DNA from: Eukaryota sp. TZLM1-RC
Lineage: Eukaryota > Protista > Metamonada: BaSk clade
Length of the DNA stretch: 64,000 nucleotides
Direction: 5' to 3'
Assembly: GCA_040285825.1 (NCBI GenBank)
Contig: JAUPSS010000002.1
Coordinates: 248,001-312,000, forward strand
In this document: piece by piece, positions 60,546 to 64,000 of the stretch
Layout: each line of letters begins with the position of its first letter
Position numbering within the stretch: position 1 is the stretch's first letter
The notes under the pieces: model-generated
The model's database searches: none
What the model saw: the letters and a program-made list of their open reading frames with translations, nothing else
What the model was told of the DNA's origin: nothing
Made by a program: the position numbers and the translations under genes

Positions 60546-61277
60546 TTACTTTTTCAAATCATTAAAACGAGCAAACAGATCATCATCATCGTTGGGGGGA
60601 TTCACAGTACTTGCTGGAGGACTATGCATTGAGTGCTGGTGTACACCATTAGGTTCAGCTCCAATTAAATCAATTTGAGGAACATTGTCATATGTTTGAG
60701 GACACTGAGATACAGGAACCGCCGGCAGTTGTTCTGTAGGAGTGAACACGACACCATGTTCATTGGCGAGGGCCACCAAGGCAGCCTCTGATTGAGAACG
60801 GGGGATCTCTCCCCGGTGAAGTTTTTGAATTAAACTTTGGTTGACATAGCCGTTTTGATTTGCCATTGCAGATTCAAGATACTCTCGGCCATACTTACAA
60901 TGCATATCTTCTCTGAATAACATTAACTCTGGCACTTCGGTAAGAGATGCAGCATATATTAACGATTGCAAAGCCTCTTCAGCATTAGCAGGAGGTTCAG
61001 CATTTTGGGTAATGACAGGCATTCGAGCTATCACCACTTCAACAAAATTGATCAACAACTCGTAAGCTTCAACATCATATGAGTCACGTATGACTTGTTC
61101 CATTTTGATACGGGCAAGCTCATCCTTGTTTTTCGAAAGAAGATTAACAATTTCACGCTTGTCGATGGCATTCTGGTTGTTTTTCTTGTTCTGTAATTGT
61201 TGTAGGCGAATTCTACTCGTCTTGAGATGTACAGAGCACTTTTGGCTAGAGAAAGGTTTAGAGGAGGAACCACCCAT
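60546..61277 (-). CDS. IST1: ESCRT-III-like protein IST1
   Basis: HLK.S..RL..LQNKK, REI..LL, ARIKMEQVIR, EAYELL, SLIYAA, EVPEL, KYG, and C-terminal MIM DDLFARFNDLKK. Confidence 0.9.
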   Translation of the reverse strand: MGGSSSKPFSSQKCSVHLKTSRIRLQQLQNKKNNQNAIDKREIVNLLSKNKDELARIKMEQVIRDSYDVEAYELLINFVEVVIARMPVITQNAEPPANAEEALQSLIYAASLTEVPELMLFREDMHCKYGREYLESAMANQNGYVNQSLIQKLHRGEIPRSQSEAALVALANEHGVVFTPTEQLPAVPVSQCPQTYDNVPQIDLIGAEPNGVHQHSMHSPPASTVNPPNDDDDLFARFNDLKK

Positions 61278-62025
61278 TCTTACAGACAATGTGAATAAGG
61301 TTTTGGAGGATTTGGGAAATTCACTTAGACCCAAATAATCCCACACGCAGAGACTGGAATTTATTTTATTTTATTACGAAGCTCAATCTCAAGAAAATAA
61401 ATTATTGATATTGCAGATTATTGTTCTATTCCAAAGAGTTGCCAAAATTAACGATAAAATTATTACATCAAATTTTGCGACATCAAAGCAGAACTATGGT
61501 GGAAGGGAAATGAATTTCCAAATTTTGTTTAGTTGGTAGAAAAGCCCGTTTTTTGAACTCATAGACGTTGTGTAATGACCAGATACTAATCTGATTTATT
61601 GCAAAATATTGCGTTTTCAAAAAATAAATAATTGCAATATATTTTATTGCATCAATTGCTGTTGCAATTATTTAATTCCAGTACCTGCCCACAAAATAAT
61701 CAAATCTCTTCTTGTTCTTGTTTCAATATTTGGCAATCATTCAAAAATTTTTCCTACTTCTACTGATAGTCTCTGTTAGTCATTGCATGAGTACTTGCCT
61801 TTCTTACCATATTTGAAACAGTGTCCCTGACAGCTTAAGTAATGAGGACAATACATTGTTTCACAATAAGACAATATTTGAGGCAAGTAATTCAAACTAG
61901 ATAACAGAAATTCTACAGTGATGAAATGAATTAAATCAAATAGTGAATAGCAATTGTGAAATGTAAGACCAACCGAGATTTATCCCAATTACTCGAAATT
62001 TGAACTGGAAACGAATCCTTCTCTA

Positions 62026-64000
62026 ATGCTGGTTGGCGGTTGTCTTGGCGCTGGTTCTTTCTACTTCAATGAAGACTCTTCATATTTATACTGTGTTGTA
62101 GGTGGTACATTGAGAACTTATTCCACCAATACCAAACAACAAGAATTTGCTGTTGAGCTCCATAAGAAGGACATTACGTCCACAACTTATTTCCCCGAAT
62201 CTCGCCAACTCTTAACCACTAGTCTTGATCAATCTGTGGTACTGTGGGATACCACTGATTGGCGTATTGTCCACATTCATAAACTAGGCACTCCTATTTA
62301 CCAAGCAGTTTGTCATCCACATCTTCCTGGTATTGCTTTTATTACTATTCATAGCCGCAAAACCGCTGGACATACCACCATATGCAAACTTAGACTCGGT
62401 AAGGATGCCCTCCCCTCCAATGTCTTTCACATACCCAAAATTTGCCCAGACATAACAATCTCCCACTGTGGCAATTTCCTTTTTGCAGCTTCCAAGAACG
62501 CCATACTAGTCCACAACATATCCACCACCAAGAACCATGCCCTTGAACTCCCTCTTTTAGCTTCACCTGTTCTTCTTCGATCCACTCCCCTTGGTCTTAT
62601 CTCTGGGGAAGAGTCTGGAAGGCTTGTTCTTTGGAGAGGCAATGTTCACAACTATAGCCACATTGCACACTACATTAAGCGTTGCGCTCACGGCCAACAA
62701 CCAGATGACGAATTCCCCTCCAATACATCTCTCTCGGTGTTACATTGGCATTCTTCTTCAGTCACTGATCTTTTCCATGTTCCCGACACCAATCATCTCC
62801 TCACTGTAGGAAGAGAAGGTGTACTAGTGGTGTGGGATGCTGATTCAAGAGAGAAATCATTTGTCCCTCGGTTTGGAGGTCCTTTGTTAGGGGTGATGCT
62901 AGCCCCCAACGGAACCACACTTGCTGTAAGGTCTGGTATTGGTTCTATCTTTGTTTTTGATAGGAATGATACCTCCAACATTGGTGAGATTGCCTCTATT
63001 AGGCTTTGTTCTGAACAGTTTAAGTATTCAATGCCGTCTGTTATCCGTGGAGCCTTTCCTTGTCATACCCCCTTGCTTAACTCTCAAACTGTGGTGTTAC
63101 CAGACGCTTTGCCGGGAAAATTACAAGCTTATGATATGAGTAAATCAATTAAACCCCAAGTATTGGACATTACAGGCGAAGTTTACGTTTCACCTACCAT
63201 CAAGGACCAGCATTTACCGTCAATGATTACTTGCTTTGATGTTATTAAGGGTTGGGTTGCTGCTTACCATTGTAGCTTTGGCGAATCAATATTATCAGAA
63301 AAGATTGTCCCCAGCTTTGGTAACTTGAAGTTTATGGCATTTTCTAAAAGATTTGACGAAGCTGAGGTTGTTAATACTGTATATTGTCCAGTTGATTATG
63401 GTTACGCCGTGGGGTGTTATTTTCTAAGTAATACTCAGTTTTTGATTGTTTTCTCGGGTGGTGCAGTTAGAGTATATGACTTGGTCAAAAATAGTCAAGC
63501 TGAATCACGTCATTTGAGTCTTAACAACGCCAATAAGAAAAAGATCAAAATTCCAGCTCAAAAATGGGAGATTTCTGCTGAATTCCTCATCCCTACATCT
63601 ATAGATAATTCCTTTAATGCCATCAAATCAACTCCAATTGTTTCCCCAGACAGGTCTCTATTAGCTGTTGTTGTTGCTAATGTTCTAATGATCTTTTCTC
63701 TAAAGAACCAAAATTTCAAGCTAGTCAAGTCCTTTTCTCTGAAGCATAGCACAGATGAACATTACCTGCAATTCGCTGGCGCCACGATGCCTACTCTAAT
63801 AGTATCAACCAGAAATACGGTTTGCGTTTACCAACTGCCTGATTTAAAGCTGCTATATCAAGTAGAAAGGAATGATATTGTTTTAATTTCAGCTCCTCAA
63901 TTTTCGAAGCATTCTGAACTAACCTCTCAAGCCCTTTCTAATTTTCTTATCGTTTCTGGAAAGAATAAGAGTATCAAATTAGAAATGTTTTCCATTTTGA
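62026..64000 (+). CDS. WDR75: WD40 protein, WDR75/Utp17-like; runs off the window
   Basis: Translated by hand: LLTTSLDQSVVLWD, LHWHSSSV..L, LLTVGREGVLVVW..KSFVPRFG. Absent from the ORF track, consistent with no stop codon inside the window. Confidence 0.75.
   Translation, partial: MLVGGCLGAGSFYFNEDSSYLYCVVGGTLRTYSTNTKQQEFAVELHKKDITSTTYFPESRQLLTTSLDQSVVLWDTTDWRIVHIHKLGTPIYQAVCHPHLPGIAFITIHSRKTAGHTTICKLRLGKDALPSNVFHIPKICPDITISHCGNFLFAASKNAILVHNISTTKNHALELPLLASPVLLRSTPLGLISGEESGRLVLWRGNVHNYSHIAHYIKRCAHGQQPDDEFPSNTSLSVLHWHSSSVTDLFHVPDTNHLLTVGREGVLVVWDADSREKSFVPRFGGPLLGVMLAPNGTTLAVRSGIGSIFVFDRNDTSNIGEIASIRLCSEQFKYSMPSVIRGAFPCHTPLLNSQTVVLPDALPGKLQAYDMSKSIKPQVLDITGEVYVSPTIKDQHLPSMITCFDVIKGWVAAYHCSFGESILSEKIVPSFGNLKFMAFSKRFDEAEVVNTVYCPVDYGYAVGCYFLSNTQFLIVFSGGAVRVYDLVKNSQAESRHLSLNNANKKKIKIPAQKWEISAEFLIPTSIDNSFNAIKSTPIVSPDRSLLAVVVANVLMIFSLKNQNFKLVKSFSLKHSTDEHYLQFAGATMPTLIVSTRNTVCVYQLPDLKLLYQVERNDIVLISAPQFSKHSELTSQALSNFLIVSGKNKSIKLEMFSIL

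Overview
AT-rich, gene-dense nuclear DNA of a flagellated protist (CFAP57 present; standard genetic code; rare GT-AG introns of about 30 nt; very short head-to-head intergenic gaps). Host genes at 2-10 kb, 16-18 kb, 27 kb and 49.5-64 kb include an ESRP/hnRNP-H-like RRM protein, a degenerate kinesin, CFAP57, a GH25 lysozyme, a lipid-transfer-like secreted protein, SNF1/AMPK, YKT6, UBE2G/Ubc7, SDS22, IST1 and WDR75. They are interleaved with many transposon remnants: 3' fragments of several CRE/R2-type (RLE) non-LTR retrotransposon families, Fanzor/TnpB fragments, a MULE fragment, a duplicated tRNA-Gln, a multi-copy mosaic block forming a 3.5-kb inverted repeat, and four families of short-LTR elements with 4-bp TSDs. 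Two observations stand out. (1) None of the four LTR families has a tRNA primer-binding site. Each instead has a perfect 12-nt palindrome starting at the terminal CA of the 5' LTR, plus a 2-nt bulge and an outer stem, with compensatory changes between families. This is a candidate tRNA-independent, dimer-based priming system. (2) The SNF1/AMPK gene needs a 1-nucleotide exon between two 31-nt introns. All protein assignments come from motif recognition by eye; no database search was run.
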